Source: Nibricoccus sp.
GTDB lineage: Bacteria; Verrucomicrobiota; Verrucomicrobiia; Opitutales; Opitutaceae
NCBI GenBank assembly: GCA_047602425.1
Contig: JASGHG010000001.1
Coordinates: 1,568,001 to 1,632,000, forward strand
Reading direction: 5' to 3'
Length of the DNA: 64,000 nucleotides
Shown here: positions 1-9,847 of the stretch, piece after piece
Numbering within the stretch: the stretch's first letter is position 1
Layout: every line of letters starts with the position of its first letter
Notes under the pieces: model-generated
The model's database searches: none
What the model was told of the DNA's origin: nothing
The model's input: only the letters and a program-made list of their open reading frames with translations
Position numbers and translations under genes: made by a program

Positions 1-508
1 TTCCACATGTAACCCGGCGGGTAACAGCCCGGGATGCATCGCATCCAACCCCATCAGCGCCGTCCAAATCGTCGCATTGCAAACCGTGCTAAAAAAAAGA
101 ACCGGCAGCACCGCGTTATCGCGGACCGCGAGCTTCGTGAAAAGCTCGTAGCACCCAAGGAAGAACGCGGCGATCAGGCTGGCGGTGATCCAATGCATGA
201 AAACCGTCCACGCTGCGTCATCGCCGATTTCAGATCAAGGCCACGAAAGTCCAAAAATTTAAGTTCCTCCACGACTTTCGGTTAAGCCCGGCCAGTGGCT
301 CGGCACTCGCGTCATCTGCGACGATCCGATGCGCCAAGCTTAAAAGCTGCCTTTGCTAGGAGGTTGTTAATCTGCGTGGAGTTCTGTCGGGTTTTTCGAG
401 CGTTTAGCGCATGTAGACTTGAAGCATCAACCCCGGTCGCTCCAGCCAGCTTCACCCAAGTCGCTGCCGACCTTAACAAGTCACCACGCATAACCCGATA
501 ACTATAAC

Positions 509-3439
509 GTGATTATGACCCCTAACTCGCAATCCCAACCTGCACCGAGAAAGAAAGCCATAGGGCTCTCTCTCTCTGTCATGCTGGCGCTTTCCAGTGC
601 CGGTTTTATACAAGCCCAAACGCCCGTCGCCACGCCAGCGCCGGCCCCCGCCACCCCGGTCGCCGCCACGCCCGCCGACGAGGTCGTCGTCCTCGAAGAA
701 TTCCAAGTCAAAGGCCTTCGCGGTTCCGCGATGAAGGCTATCGAGCTCAAGAAAAATAATATTCAGTTCACCGACTCTGTCGTTTCGGAAGATATTGGTA
801 AGTTCCCGGACAATAACGTCATTGAATCTCTCCAACGTGTGCCTGGCATTCAGGTCACCGACTATGGTCGCGGCAACATCACTTCGATCACTATCCGCGG
901 TCTACCCGACGTCGTCACCCTGCTAAATGGACGCAATATCTTCACGTCTTCCGGCCTGACGCTCTCGCTTCAAGACGTTCCAGCCACGCTGATAAAGCGC
1001 ATCGATGTCATGAAAACTCGCTCTGCCAGTGCCATTGAAAGCGGTATGGCAGGCGTGCTCAATGTTGAAACCTTCCGCCCCTTCGACTTTGCCGGTCATC
1101 GCGTTTCCGTCTCTGCCAAAGCGACCTATCAGGAACAGCGCGGAGCTTGGGATCCTAACCTCAGCGTCCTCGTAAGCAATCGCTGGAAAATTGGTTCTGA
1201 AGGCAAGTTCGGCGCCCTTTTTAATGCGTCCTACCTGACCACAACCTATCGCGATCAAAGCGCCACCTCCGGCGCTCAGGTTCCCTTCGGCAAGGGAGTT
1301 CAGGCCGGTCATCCCTGGCCGGAATCCTACGCCCGCGCTTTCCCCGATGTCGTGGCGTGGACCCCTGGCCTGATCGATGGTCTACCGACAAAACCCGGCT
1401 CCACCATCGGCAACAATGTCGAATACGTTCTCGCTCGCGACGCCGTCTTTTTCGCCGACAGTAAGGGTAAAACCGAGCGTCCCGGCGCCACCCTGTCCCT
1501 GCAGTTCTCCCCTCACAAGAACGCCGAATACACCTTTGACGCGACCTACCTCGGTTACCGCAATCGTCATCGCAACAACCTGTTCTTCACCTTCACCGAC
1601 TGGTGGCTGGGTGGCAGCAACTGGATGGATCCCGCGAATCTTCCTCGGTATAACGATGTCCGCCTCTACCCAGGCACCAACATCGTCCAAAGCCGCGCCT
1701 ACATTCCCGGCATTGCTCAGTTCACCAGCTCCGACTATTCGGATGGTCGCACCGACAGCTTCCAATACGCAATTGCTGGCAAATGGTTCATTACTCCTGC
1801 CTTCACGCTCACCTCTGAGCTCGTTTATCAGGATAGCAAATTTGAACGCACCAACTTCTTCATGCGTGCAGATCGCGTCGGAACTGGTTTCCCATGGCTC
1901 TCGAATGCCATCATCGGCATCCAGTTTAATGATGGCACCGGACTTCCCGCCCTCATCAACTACGACAATCCCCTCACCACCAACGCCGACGAATCGAATT
2001 TGCGCGATCCGAACCAATGGACCGTTGGCCATATGTGGGATGGCGGCGGCGTCGATAAGGGCTCTGCTACCACCTTCACGGAAGAAGGCATCGTCAGTCT
2101 CAACTGGCCATTCATTAAAAAACTCAAACTCGGTCTTCGCGTAGATGATCGCCGCGCCGCTTCAGCCTCCCGCGCTGGCGAAGGCGATCCAAGCTCGGTT
2201 TTAACCCTCAGCGATCTCAATAGCCGCTACCCGGGAATCCTTTACACTAACAGCGATTTCTTCGATGGTCGCGGCAGAGTCCCCTCCAGCTGGGTGAGCA
2301 TGGACGCGAGCTTCATCGGCAAAAACTCCGACAAGCTGCGTAAGTTCTATAACTACACCTCGACTTCGACCTTCGATCTGAAGGAAGTCTTCAGCATCGA
2401 TGAAGTCACAACCGCTGGATACGTTCAGGCCGACGAACTCTCAGCCGATATCGGCGGACATAAGCTCACCGGACAGATGGGCATGCGCTTAGTCTCGATC
2501 AAAACCGCGATGAACTTCACAAACACCAACTTTGGCCGGTTCGACCGAACACAAGGTACAGCAGGTGTTACAAAATGGCTCCCGAGCGCTGCCTTCCAGT
2601 TCGACATCACCAAAAAGTTGATTGCCCGCGCTGGCTATGGCCAAACAATCCGCCGGCCAGCATTCAATGATCTCAATCCATTGATCACCTACAACCGCGA
2701 CGTCACCAACATCGGTTACGGCACGGCCACCGGCGGTAATCCCAATCTCAAGCCCACGACTTCCAAGAGCTTCGACCTCGCGCTCGAATATTACTTCGAC
2801 CAGACGAGTATGGTTCACATTGCTGCCTTCAAGAAGAACATCGATGGCCTCGTCGTCGGCGCCTTCCAACGTGTCATGTATGATATCGGTGATGGCCGCG
2901 ACCTCTATCCGTACATCCTCAGCGCGCCGATTAATGCCTCGAACGGCAAGCTCGACGGCATTGAGATGGGTGGAAAGTTCTATCCGAAATTCTTCAAGGG
3001 TTTCGGCGTCGAAGCCAGCTACACCCATCTGAAGTCCTCGCAAGACATTCCCGTGTATGACAGCACGACTGGCAAGATCACCAAGGTCCTCAATACCGAA
3101 TTCTTCGCGGTTTCGCCGGACTCCTTCAGTGTCACCGCCGGTTATGAACGCAGCTTCATCAGCGCCCGTCTCTCTTATGCTTGGCGCTCGTCCTTCCACC
3201 ACCACAACGAAGCCGCGCTCTTCGCCAATCCGCTGTATGTCTACAATGCTGCTGAACGCAGCCTGACTGCTCAGGTTACGTTCAAGATCGCCAAGGACCT
3301 CTCGATCGACGTCGAAGGTACCAACCTTACCGACGACATTCAGCGCAGCTACTACGGCAAAAACGGCTCCACGGTTAACAACTTTGGTAACTGGATCGTC
3401 GGCCGCACCTTCTCGGTCGCCACTCGCTACTCCTTCTAA
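509..3439 (+). CDS. TonB-dependent outer-membrane receptor (probably carbohydrate type)
   Basis: Signal peptide, Pro/Ala/Thr linker, plug motif 'DIGKFPDNNVIESLQRVPGIQV', 'GNPNLKP', terminal aromatic 'RYSF'. Start is GTG 509 or ATG 515. Confidence 0.95.
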   Translation: MIMTPNSQSQPAPRKKAIGLSLSVMLALSSAGFIQAQTPVATPAPAPATPVAATPADEVVVLEEFQVKGLRGSAMKAIELKKNNIQFTDSVVSEDIGKFPDNNVIESLQRVPGIQVTDYGRGNITSITIRGLPDVVTLLNGRNIFTSSGLTLSLQDVPATLIKRIDVMKTRSASAIESGMAGVLNVETFRPFDFAGHRVSVSAKATYQEQRGAWDPNLSVLVSNRWKIGSEGKFGALFNASYLTTTYRDQSATSGAQVPFGKGVQAGHPWPESYARAFPDVVAWTPGLIDGLPTKPGSTIGNNVEYVLARDAVFFADSKGKTERPGATLSLQFSPHKNAEYTFDATYLGYRNRHRNNLFFTFTDWWLGGSNWMDPANLPRYNDVRLYPGTNIVQSRAYIPGIAQFTSSDYSDGRTDSFQYAIAGKWFITPAFTLTSELVYQDSKFERTNFFMRADRVGTGFPWLSNAIIGIQFNDGTGLPALINYDNPLTTNADESNLRDPNQWTVGHMWDGGGVDKGSATTFTEEGIVSLNWPFIKKLKLGLRVDDRRAASASRAGEGDPSSVLTLSDLNSRYPGILYTNSDFFDGRGRVPSSWVSMDASFIGKNSDKLRKFYNYTSTSTFDLKEVFSIDEVTTAGYVQADELSADIGGHKLTGQMGMRLVSIKTAMNFTNTNFGRFDRTQGTAGVTKWLPSAAFQFDITKKLIARAGYGQTIRRPAFNDLNPLITYNRDVTNIGYGTATGGNPNLKPTTSKSFDLALEYYFDQTSMVHIAAFKKNIDGLVVGAFQRVMYDIGDGRDLYPYILSAPINASNGKLDGIEMGGKFYPKFFKGFGVEASYTHLKSSQDIPVYDSTTGKITKVLNTEFFAVSPDSFSVTAGYERSFISARLSYAWRSSFHHHNEAALFANPLYVYNAAERSLTAQVTFKIAKDLSIDVEGTNLTDDIQRSYYGKNGSTVNNFGNWIVGRTFSVATRYSF

Positions 3440-3464
3440 ACCTGTATCCAGCGTGTTAGCTTTC

Positions 3465-3494
3465 AAGGGCAACCCAGCCGGGTTGCCCTTTTTG
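3465..3494 (+). terminator. Rho-independent terminator after the TBDR
   Basis: AAGGGCAACCC-agcc-GGGTTGCCCTT stem followed by a T-run. Confidence 0.85.
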
Positions 3495-3607
3495 GTGCCC
3501 GCGCGAACCTAGTCTGATGCAGTGCTATCGCTCCTTTCAATGTCCCGATCTTTTGTATTTTGCGCTTCTTGTGCCCCGTCTTCCCCGGTAAAAAAATCCA
3601 CAAGAAC

Positions 3608-4414
3608 ATGCCTGCTCCAAAAGTCTCCATCGACGAGGTCACCTCCATTCTCGAACGGATCCGCACGCGTCATCCGCTCGTGCATTGCCTGACGAATCAC
3701 GTGGTGAAAAACTTCACCGCCAATGTCCTGCTCGCGCTCGGCGCCGCGCCCGCCATGGTCGAGCACGCGGACGAAGCTGCGGAATTTGCCGCCATGGCCG
3801 ACGCCTTGCTCGTCAATGTCGGCACACTCGACGAACCGCAAATGGCCGCGATGCTCCGCGCTATCCCGTCTGCGAACAAAGCCCATAAGCCTTGGGTTTT
3901 CGATCCTGTCGCCGTCGGGCCGCTGACCGTACGCACCCATTTTGCCCACGAAATCCTCGCCCAACGGCCTACACTGATTCGTGGAAACGCTTCCGAAATC
4001 ATCGCACTCGCCGGACAAGCCGGACGCGGACGCGGTGTGGACAGTGGCGACGCTTCCGACGCTGCCCTGGGCGCAGCCAAAGCTCTCGCTGTTCAAACCC
4101 AGGGCGCCGCACTCGTTACCGGCCCCGTCGACTATGCGACGGATGGTTCCTCGATTGTGGCTTGTGCCAATGGCCATCCACTTTTGACGCGCGTCACCGG
4201 AGTTGGTTGTGCCCAGGGCGCCGTCGCCGCTGCCTGCTGCGCCGTTGCCTCAAGCCCGCTTGCCGCTGCCGTCGCCGCCGCCACCTTCATGGGAGTGGCC
4301 GGCCAACTTGCCGCCTGCGTGTCGGTACGACCTGGTTCGTTCGCCGAGGCGCTCCTGGACTCGCTTGACCAACTCGACGCCGACGTCCTGCACCGCGAAG
4401 CAAAAATTTCATGA
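3608..4414 (+). CDS. thiM: Hydroxyethylthiazole kinase
   Basis: 'PLVHCLTNHVVKNFTANVLLALGAAPAM', 'IRGNASEI', 'VTGVGC'; ATG at 3608; overlaps the thiE start. Confidence 0.95.
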   Translation: MPAPKVSIDEVTSILERIRTRHPLVHCLTNHVVKNFTANVLLALGAAPAMVEHADEAAEFAAMADALLVNVGTLDEPQMAAMLRAIPSANKAHKPWVFDPVAVGPLTVRTHFAHEILAQRPTLIRGNASEIIALAGQAGRGRGVDSGDASDAALGAAKALAVQTQGAALVTGPVDYATDGSSIVACANGHPLLTRVTGVGCAQGAVAAACCAVASSPLAAAVAAATFMGVAGQLAACVSVRPGSFAEALLDSLDQLDADVLHREAKIS

Positions 4415-5043
4415 GCAAGGTCGACTACACCGTCTACCTCGTTACCGACGCTCCCGAACGCTATCCAAATGGACTGCTTCCCGGCGTCGAGACCGCCTTG
4501 GCTGGTGGCGTGAGCATAGTCCAATACCGCGCCACAACCGGAACCCGTCGCCACCTCTACGAAACCGCTCGCGCCCTTCAAGGGCTGCTTCGTCCACGCA
4601 ATGTCCCTCTCATCGTCAACGACCAGGTTGACCTCGCCCTCGCCGTCGATGCCGATGGAGTCCACGTTGGCCAAAATGACCTGCCCGCCGACGTCGTACG
4701 TCGTATGATTGGCCCTGGCAAAATACTCGGCCTTTCCATCACCGCCCTCGAGCAACTCGACAGCGTTTCACCAAAAACCGTCGACTACCTAGGCCTCGGG
4801 CCGGTCTTCCCGACCATCTCAAAAGACGACGCCGCGCCCGCACTTGGCCTGGAACAACTCGCACGCCTGACCGCTCGCTGCACGCTGCCCACGGTCGCCA
4901 TTGGTGGCATCAATCTCGAAAACGCTTCCGCCGTCTTCGCCGCGGGCGTCGATGGGCTTGCCGTGGTTTCCGCACTTTCACTTGCCGCCGATCCCGCCGC
5001 GATGGCCCGTGCCCTTCGCGCGAAAAAACCGAACCGCCCATGA
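4411..5043 (+). CDS. thiE: Thiamine-phosphate synthase
   Basis: 'VYLVTD', 'LIVNDQVDLALAVDADGVHVGQND', 'GPVFPTISK', 'VAIGGI'. Confidence 0.95.
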   Translation: MSKVDYTVYLVTDAPERYPNGLLPGVETALAGGVSIVQYRATTGTRRHLYETARALQGLLRPRNVPLIVNDQVDLALAVDADGVHVGQNDLPADVVRRMIGPGKILGLSITALEQLDSVSPKTVDYLGLGPVFPTISKDDAAPALGLEQLARLTARCTLPTVAIGGINLENASAVFAAGVDGLAVVSALSLAADPAAMARALRAKKPNRP

Positions 5044-5888
5044 TCCCCAACGTCCTCACCCTCGCCGGCGTCGATCCTTCCGGCGGCGCCGGCATCTTCG
5101 CCGATCTGAAAACTTTTTCCGCGCTCAAGGCCTACGGAACCGGTGTCGTCGTTGCCCTGACCGCCCAAAACACCCAAGGCGTCACCGGCGTGCAACTCGT
5201 CCCCTCAAGCTTTGTCGCCCAACAAATCGACACGCTCTGTGCTGACGTGCGCATTGACGCGGCCAAGGTTGGAATGCTCGCGACCGCCGAACTTGTGACC
5301 ACGGTCGCGGCCGGTTTGAAACGTCACGATCTCAAACGCCTGGTCGTCGACCCCGTCATGGTTTCAAAAAGCGGTCATCATCTCCTCCAACCCGACGCCG
5401 TCGCCGCCCTCCGCAGCGAACTCCTGCCGCTCGCCGAAATTATTACGCCGAATCTTCCCGAGGCCGGCGTTTTGCTGGGTCAGCCCGAACCACGTACCAT
5501 CGACGAAATGCGCCGGGCCGCCCGCGCTTTGCTCAAGTTCGGTCCGCGCTACGTCTTGCTAAAAGGCGGCCACCTCGGCGACGCGGATAGCACTGACATC
5601 CTCGACGATGGCGTGACGCAGACCGAATTCCGCGCTTCGCGGATCGCTACGAAAAATACGCATGGCACCGGCTGCACGCTTTCCGCCGCCATCACTGCTT
5701 TGCTACCTCAGCGTTCCTCCATCGCCGACGCCATCCGCGATGCCAAAACCTGGCTGACCGCCGCCATCGCCGCAGCCGATCAACTCGCCATCGGCCACGG
5801 CCACGGCCCCGTCCATCATTTCCATGCACTGTGGCAGTCCCCGCCCGATCCGGGTCTCATTTGCGGGCACAACCCGGGACCGCTTTAA
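5040..5888 (+). CDS. thiD: Hydroxymethylpyrimidine/phosphomethylpyrimidine kinase
   Basis: 'LTLAGVDPSGGAGIFADLKTF', 'TAQNT', 'TPNLPEA', 'THGTGCTLSAA'. Confidence 0.95.
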   Translation: MIPNVLTLAGVDPSGGAGIFADLKTFSALKAYGTGVVVALTAQNTQGVTGVQLVPSSFVAQQIDTLCADVRIDAAKVGMLATAELVTTVAAGLKRHDLKRLVVDPVMVSKSGHHLLQPDAVAALRSELLPLAEIITPNLPEAGVLLGQPEPRTIDEMRRAARALLKFGPRYVLLKGGHLGDADSTDILDDGVTQTEFRASRIATKNTHGTGCTLSAAITALLPQRSSIADAIRDAKTWLTAAIAAADQLAIGHGHGPVHHFHALWQSPPDPGLICGHNPGPL

Positions 5889-6047
5889 AGTTGTCGAAAC
5901 CGAACGCGGTCGCAAATCGGCACAATTTGTTTCTAACGTCACAGTGCTGCCGATGGCACCGCAATTTGACGCAGGCGCATTCCTTCGCATCGTCAGAAGG
6001 GCCGGGACAAAACCCATTGCTCATCGCAACTCTGAACAAGCATCACC

Positions 6048-7085
6048 ATGATTCCATCGTCACACCACTTCAGCCACGATCAACTCAGCCGTCGCGACGC
6101 TCTCCGTTTTTTCGGCCTCGCCGGCACCGCCGCCCTCCTGACGCCTTCGCTTTTTGGCGCAAACGAACCAGCCACCATTAAAAATCCGCCAGCCACCCTC
6201 GCTGGTGCGCAGCCCGGCTTTCACCGTTTCCGCATCGGCGCTTTTGAAGCCCTTGCCCTCAACGATGGCGGTTTTGCCCCGACTCCTGCCGAGTCGCCCT
6301 TCGGCGTCGGTGAGCCGCGCGAGAAAGTTGTTGCCACGCTGCGCGACGCGTTTCTTCCGGGCGACAAGGTGCAACTTCCGTTCAATGTCCTTCTCGTCCG
6401 CACCGATTCGGACCTGCTCATGATCGACGCTGGCTGTGGCAGTATGTTCGGCCCGGCCGGCGGCCGTCTCGTCGCCAATCTCGCCGCGGCAGGCGTGAAG
6501 CCCGAGCAGATCACCGGCATTATCCTGACGCATGCCCACGCCGACCACTTCGGTGGATTGCTCGATGCCAACAAAGAACCCGTTTTCAAAAACGCCCACC
6601 TTTTCATCAGCCGCAAAGAGCACGCGTTCTGGACCAGCGCCTCGCCGGATCTCTCCGCTCAACCGCTACCAGAAGAAACCCGCAAAAGCTTCATCGCTGG
6701 CGCGCAATCATATCTCGAAACCCTCAAGGGCCGCTGGCAGTTCATTGCGCCCGGCGAAAAACTCATGGAAGGTCTCGAAATCGTCGACGCCCCGGGACAC
6801 ACGCCCGGCCATGTTGCGCTGCTCTTTTCGTCAGGCTCGGAACAATTGTTGCATTTCGTAGATGCCGCCCATCACCACGCGATTTCCTTCTCTCACCCCG
6901 AATGGAAACTCGCGTTCGACACGCAACCTCCGATCGCCAACGCCACACGCAAAAAGCTTTTCGATCGCGCCGCAGCCGACCGCTTGCGCGTCTTTGGCGG
7001 GCACATGCCGTTCCCTTCGCTTGGCCACATTCGGTCCGTTGGCGACCACTACGAGTTCGTCATCGAACCGTCCTCCATCAGCTAA
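6048..7085 (+). CDS. Tat-exported MBL-fold metallohydrolase (YtnP/methyl-parathion-hydrolase-like)
   Basis: Twin-arginine 'SRRDALRF', HxHxDH 'THAHADH', 'PGHTPGH', 'GHMPFP'. Confidence 0.9.
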   Translation: MIPSSHHFSHDQLSRRDALRFFGLAGTAALLTPSLFGANEPATIKNPPATLAGAQPGFHRFRIGAFEALALNDGGFAPTPAESPFGVGEPREKVVATLRDAFLPGDKVQLPFNVLLVRTDSDLLMIDAGCGSMFGPAGGRLVANLAAAGVKPEQITGIILTHAHADHFGGLLDANKEPVFKNAHLFISRKEHAFWTSASPDLSAQPLPEETRKSFIAGAQSYLETLKGRWQFIAPGEKLMEGLEIVDAPGHTPGHVALLFSSGSEQLLHFVDAAHHHAISFSHPEWKLAFDTQPPIANATRKKLFDRAAADRLRVFGGHMPFPSLGHIRSVGDHYEFVIEPSSIS

Positions 7086-7153
7086 AACAGAGCGTCGTTC
7101 GAGCGTTTCTCGTGGCTCGACACGTCCAACGTGTCGGGCCAGTGTTTTTCGCA

Positions 7154-8170
7154 ATGGGCTCCTACGCACAATTCCGGCAGCTTCTCGTCCTGACTTGTCT
7201 GTTCGCGCTTTTCGGCTGCACGACTCAACAACCTGCCCCTACGCCCAAACCTGCACCGCCCGTCGCGCCTGTGCATGCGCCAAAATTGCCGCCGCCACCA
7301 CCGGCAGTGACCGTGGCACCCTCTGCACCGAAACCGCCACCACCACCACCGCCTGTTCTCACATTGTCCGATGGGCCATGGATAGAAGCCTCTGCCGAAG
7401 AAGCCACCGTCGCGGTGATCGTTACTGTTCGCAGTAATGGGCTTTTTCGCGAACGAACGGGCGTCCACTACCTCCGCCCTGCGCAGAAAAAAATCTACCG
7501 TCTTGTCCAGATTCGAAACAACGCTCCCATTGCACTGGCCCGCAAGGAAGTTCCCGAGGCCTGTTCGGCAACTTTCCATCTGAGTAACAACGAAGCCGAC
7601 CCCGCGGACCACAACTACTCGATCCACTCCACGCTCAAACAAATTCCCGTCGATTCCACGCGCGCCATCACGCTGAACCTCCGCGTCAATTGTCGTGAAA
7701 ACGGCAATACGGACTGCATTGAAGAATCAGTCGTGTTAAATGGTCTCAACCGCACTGAATTCGCCAAAGGTCCCATTCTCGCCATGGTCGAGATTGTCCC
7801 ACCCGAGCGTGCCGTACAGCGTTTGTCCATGGCGGGCGAATCGGCGGCGTCCATCAACAACGATATAAATGCCACGTCGCTTGGAATTGGTTCAAGCGAC
7901 TGGGACCTGCTTCACAAAAAATTCCAGCTAACCGGGCAAGAGTCCCGAATCGCGGGTTGGTTTCAGCTCTCGCTCGACGCATCGATCCAGTTCCCCGACA
8001 TTCGCTTTGCGTGCGGGCTGATTGAGATAAGCGACGACCATTCGATCATGAAACTTCGTGGTCCAGTTCGCATCGAATGGGACGGGCAAACGATGACCTC
8101 GGGCGACGCCGTCATGCGCATTTCACCCGGTACCGTTCAGTTCGAGTCGAGTAACATTCAGGCCAACTAG
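7154..8170 (+). CDS. Hypothetical lipoprotein with Pro-rich linker
   Basis: ATG 7154; hydrophobic stretch with lipobox 'LFGC'; poly-Pro segment; unrecognised C-terminal domain. Confidence 0.65.
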   Translation: MGSYAQFRQLLVLTCLFALFGCTTQQPAPTPKPAPPVAPVHAPKLPPPPPAVTVAPSAPKPPPPPPPVLTLSDGPWIEASAEEATVAVIVTVRSNGLFRERTGVHYLRPAQKKIYRLVQIRNNAPIALARKEVPEACSATFHLSNNEADPADHNYSIHSTLKQIPVDSTRAITLNLRVNCRENGNTDCIEESVVLNGLNRTEFAKGPILAMVEIVPPERAVQRLSMAGESAASINNDINATSLGIGSSDWDLLHKKFQLTGQESRIAGWFQLSLDASIQFPDIRFACGLIEISDDHSIMKLRGPVRIEWDGQTMTSGDAVMRISPGTVQFESSNIQAN

Positions 8171-8226
8171 ACCGACCGCCAGCGGCAGCCCCACCGCTGC
8201 TCAACTGATTTTTTTTGAATCTCCAC

Positions 8227-8272
8227 TTGACGCAGGGCTCTAAGCAGCTACCTTGTCTGAAAAAGGTAGCTG
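8227..8272 (+). promoter_or_regulatory. Putative sigma70 promoter with palindromic (PadR) operator
   Basis: TTGACG at 8227-8232, TACCTT at 8249-8254; perfect inverted repeat CAGCTACCTT-N8-AAGGTAGCTG (8245-8272) overlaps the -10. Confidence 0.65.
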
Positions 8273-8284
8273 GCACTAACACTC

Positions 8285-8608
8285 ATGAGTCTTGACGACA
8301 AATTTTCCGCACTGCGCAAAGGCCTTCTTGAATTCCTTCTGCTGAAGATCATTGCGGCGGACAAAGTCTACGTCGCCGATATCATCAGCCAGTTGCAGGA
8401 CACCGAATTTGCGACCCAGGAAGGCACGCTCTACCCGCTCCTCAGCAAAATGCGGCGCGAAGAACTTCTCAACTACGAGTGGCAGGAATCCGAGGCCGGT
8501 CCGCCGCGCAAATACTATAAACTCACCGCCAAGGGCCGCGAACAACTCCGCGAGCTCAGCGATTATTGGAACACGATCAACGACACCGTAAAAAAACTCG
8601 GCCCATAA
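8285..8608 (+). CDS. PadR-family transcriptional regulator
   Basis: 'LRKGLLEFLLL', 'EGTLYPLL', 'GPPRKYYKLTAKG'. Confidence 0.93.
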   Translation: MSLDDKFSALRKGLLEFLLLKIIAADKVYVADIISQLQDTEFATQEGTLYPLLSKMRREELLNYEWQESEAGPPRKYYKLTAKGREQLRELSDYWNTINDTVKKLGP

Positions 8609-8633
8609 CTACCTCCTACCCCCTACCCAACTT

Positions 8634-9842
8634 ATGAACAAGGTCATCTCCATCCACCTCTGCGGCGTCGCCTTCCAGCTTGAGGAAAACGGTTACGACG
8701 CCCTGCGTGCCTACCTCGAAAAAGCCGAACGCCAGCTCGGAACCAATCCCGACAAGTCCGAAATCATCGCCGACATCGAACGCGCCATCGCCGACAAATT
8801 CCGAGCCCTGCTTTCCTCGGGGCGCAATGTCGTGCTGTCGGCGGAGGTCGAAGCGGTGATCAAGGAAATGGGACCTGTGACCGACAATTCCGCGGAAGAA
8901 AACTCTTCCCAAAAAACCGAACCACACTCCAACGCCAGCACGGGACCGGACGCCGGTCCCCAGCCGCCCAAACGGCTTTACCTCCTCAAGGACGGCGCAA
9001 TGATTTCCGGCGTTTGTAACGGCCTCGCCGCCTACATCGGCATCGACGTGACGCTTCTGCGATTGGTCGTGGCCATTCTTGTGTTTTTCAGTTTTGGCAC
9101 GGTCGCCGTCGCCTATTTGGTGGCGATGATCATCATTCCCACTGCTGAAACACCCGGCGAAAAAGCGGCTGCCACCGGCCCTGCCCCAAACGCGCAGGAA
9201 TTCATTCGTCGTGCCCGGGAGGGCTACTACCAAGGCCTCAAAACATTCGGTGACCGCGATGCCCGTCGCGCGTGGACACGAAAATTCAAAAGCGAAATGC
9301 GCGGGTGGGAACGCCGCCTTCGCCACGAATACCGCTGGGGCTGGCAACGTCGCGTTCCTCCCGTTCCTCCGGTGCCACCCGTGTCGCCAATGGCCGGGGT
9401 TGCATCCATGCCGCCACCCGAAGGCGCACACGTGATGCTTCCGTTGCTCGCCACGATGAAAGCGATTCTTTTGTTTTTCTGCGTCCTCGCAATTTTATCG
9501 CTTTGCACCTCGGGAACCGTGCTCGGAGTTGCCTTGCCGGGCAATCTGCCCATGTGGGCAGGAATCGTTCTCGTCGTTTTTGCCTACAAAATCCTCGTCG
9601 CGCCCATCAAGGCCATCCGCCGAAACTACTACTATCGCCTAAATGGCTGGCCGGGGACCTGCGGCCCGTTCACGGAGTTCTGGCTGAGCATCCTTCCTTT
9701 CGCGGTGCTCGCCCTGGGTATTTGGATGGCCGATTGCTTCATCCCGGGCTTTCACCACGCGCTGCAGAATTTCCCGTCGTTCTGCCACCATATCGGCGAA
9801 TCGGTCCAGCAATGGTGGAACCAAACTAATCCTCCTCGCTAA
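8634..9842 (+). CDS. PspC-domain membrane protein
   Basis: 'KRLYLLKDGAMISGVCNGLAAYIGIDVTLLRL' PspC motif; N-terminal 'EIIADIERAIAD' domain; several TM segments. Confidence 0.88.
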   Translation: MNKVISIHLCGVAFQLEENGYDALRAYLEKAERQLGTNPDKSEIIADIERAIADKFRALLSSGRNVVLSAEVEAVIKEMGPVTDNSAEENSSQKTEPHSNASTGPDAGPQPPKRLYLLKDGAMISGVCNGLAAYIGIDVTLLRLVVAILVFFSFGTVAVAYLVAMIIIPTAETPGEKAAATGPAPNAQEFIRRAREGYYQGLKTFGDRDARRAWTRKFKSEMRGWERRLRHEYRWGWQRRVPPVPPVPPVSPMAGVASMPPPEGAHVMLPLLATMKAILLFFCVLAILSLCTSGTVLGVALPGNLPMWAGIVLVVFAYKILVAPIKAIRRNYYYRLNGWPGTCGPFTEFWLSILPFAVLALGIWMADCFIPGFHHALQNFPSFCHHIGESVQQWWNQTNPPR

Positions 9843-9847
9843 ACAGA

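Noticed and set aside
34..501. Short ORFs upstream of the TBDR
   Set aside because: No recognisable motifs, Arg-rich composition; probably promoter or leader DNA.
3495..3607. TPP riboswitch upstream of thiM-thiE-thiD
   Set aside because: No CTGAGA / ACCTGA / AGGGA core motifs are visible, and the region is short.
6902..7153. N-terminal extension of the 422-aa ORF
   Set aside because: It overlaps the MBL gene; ATG 7154 gives a proper lipoprotein signal.
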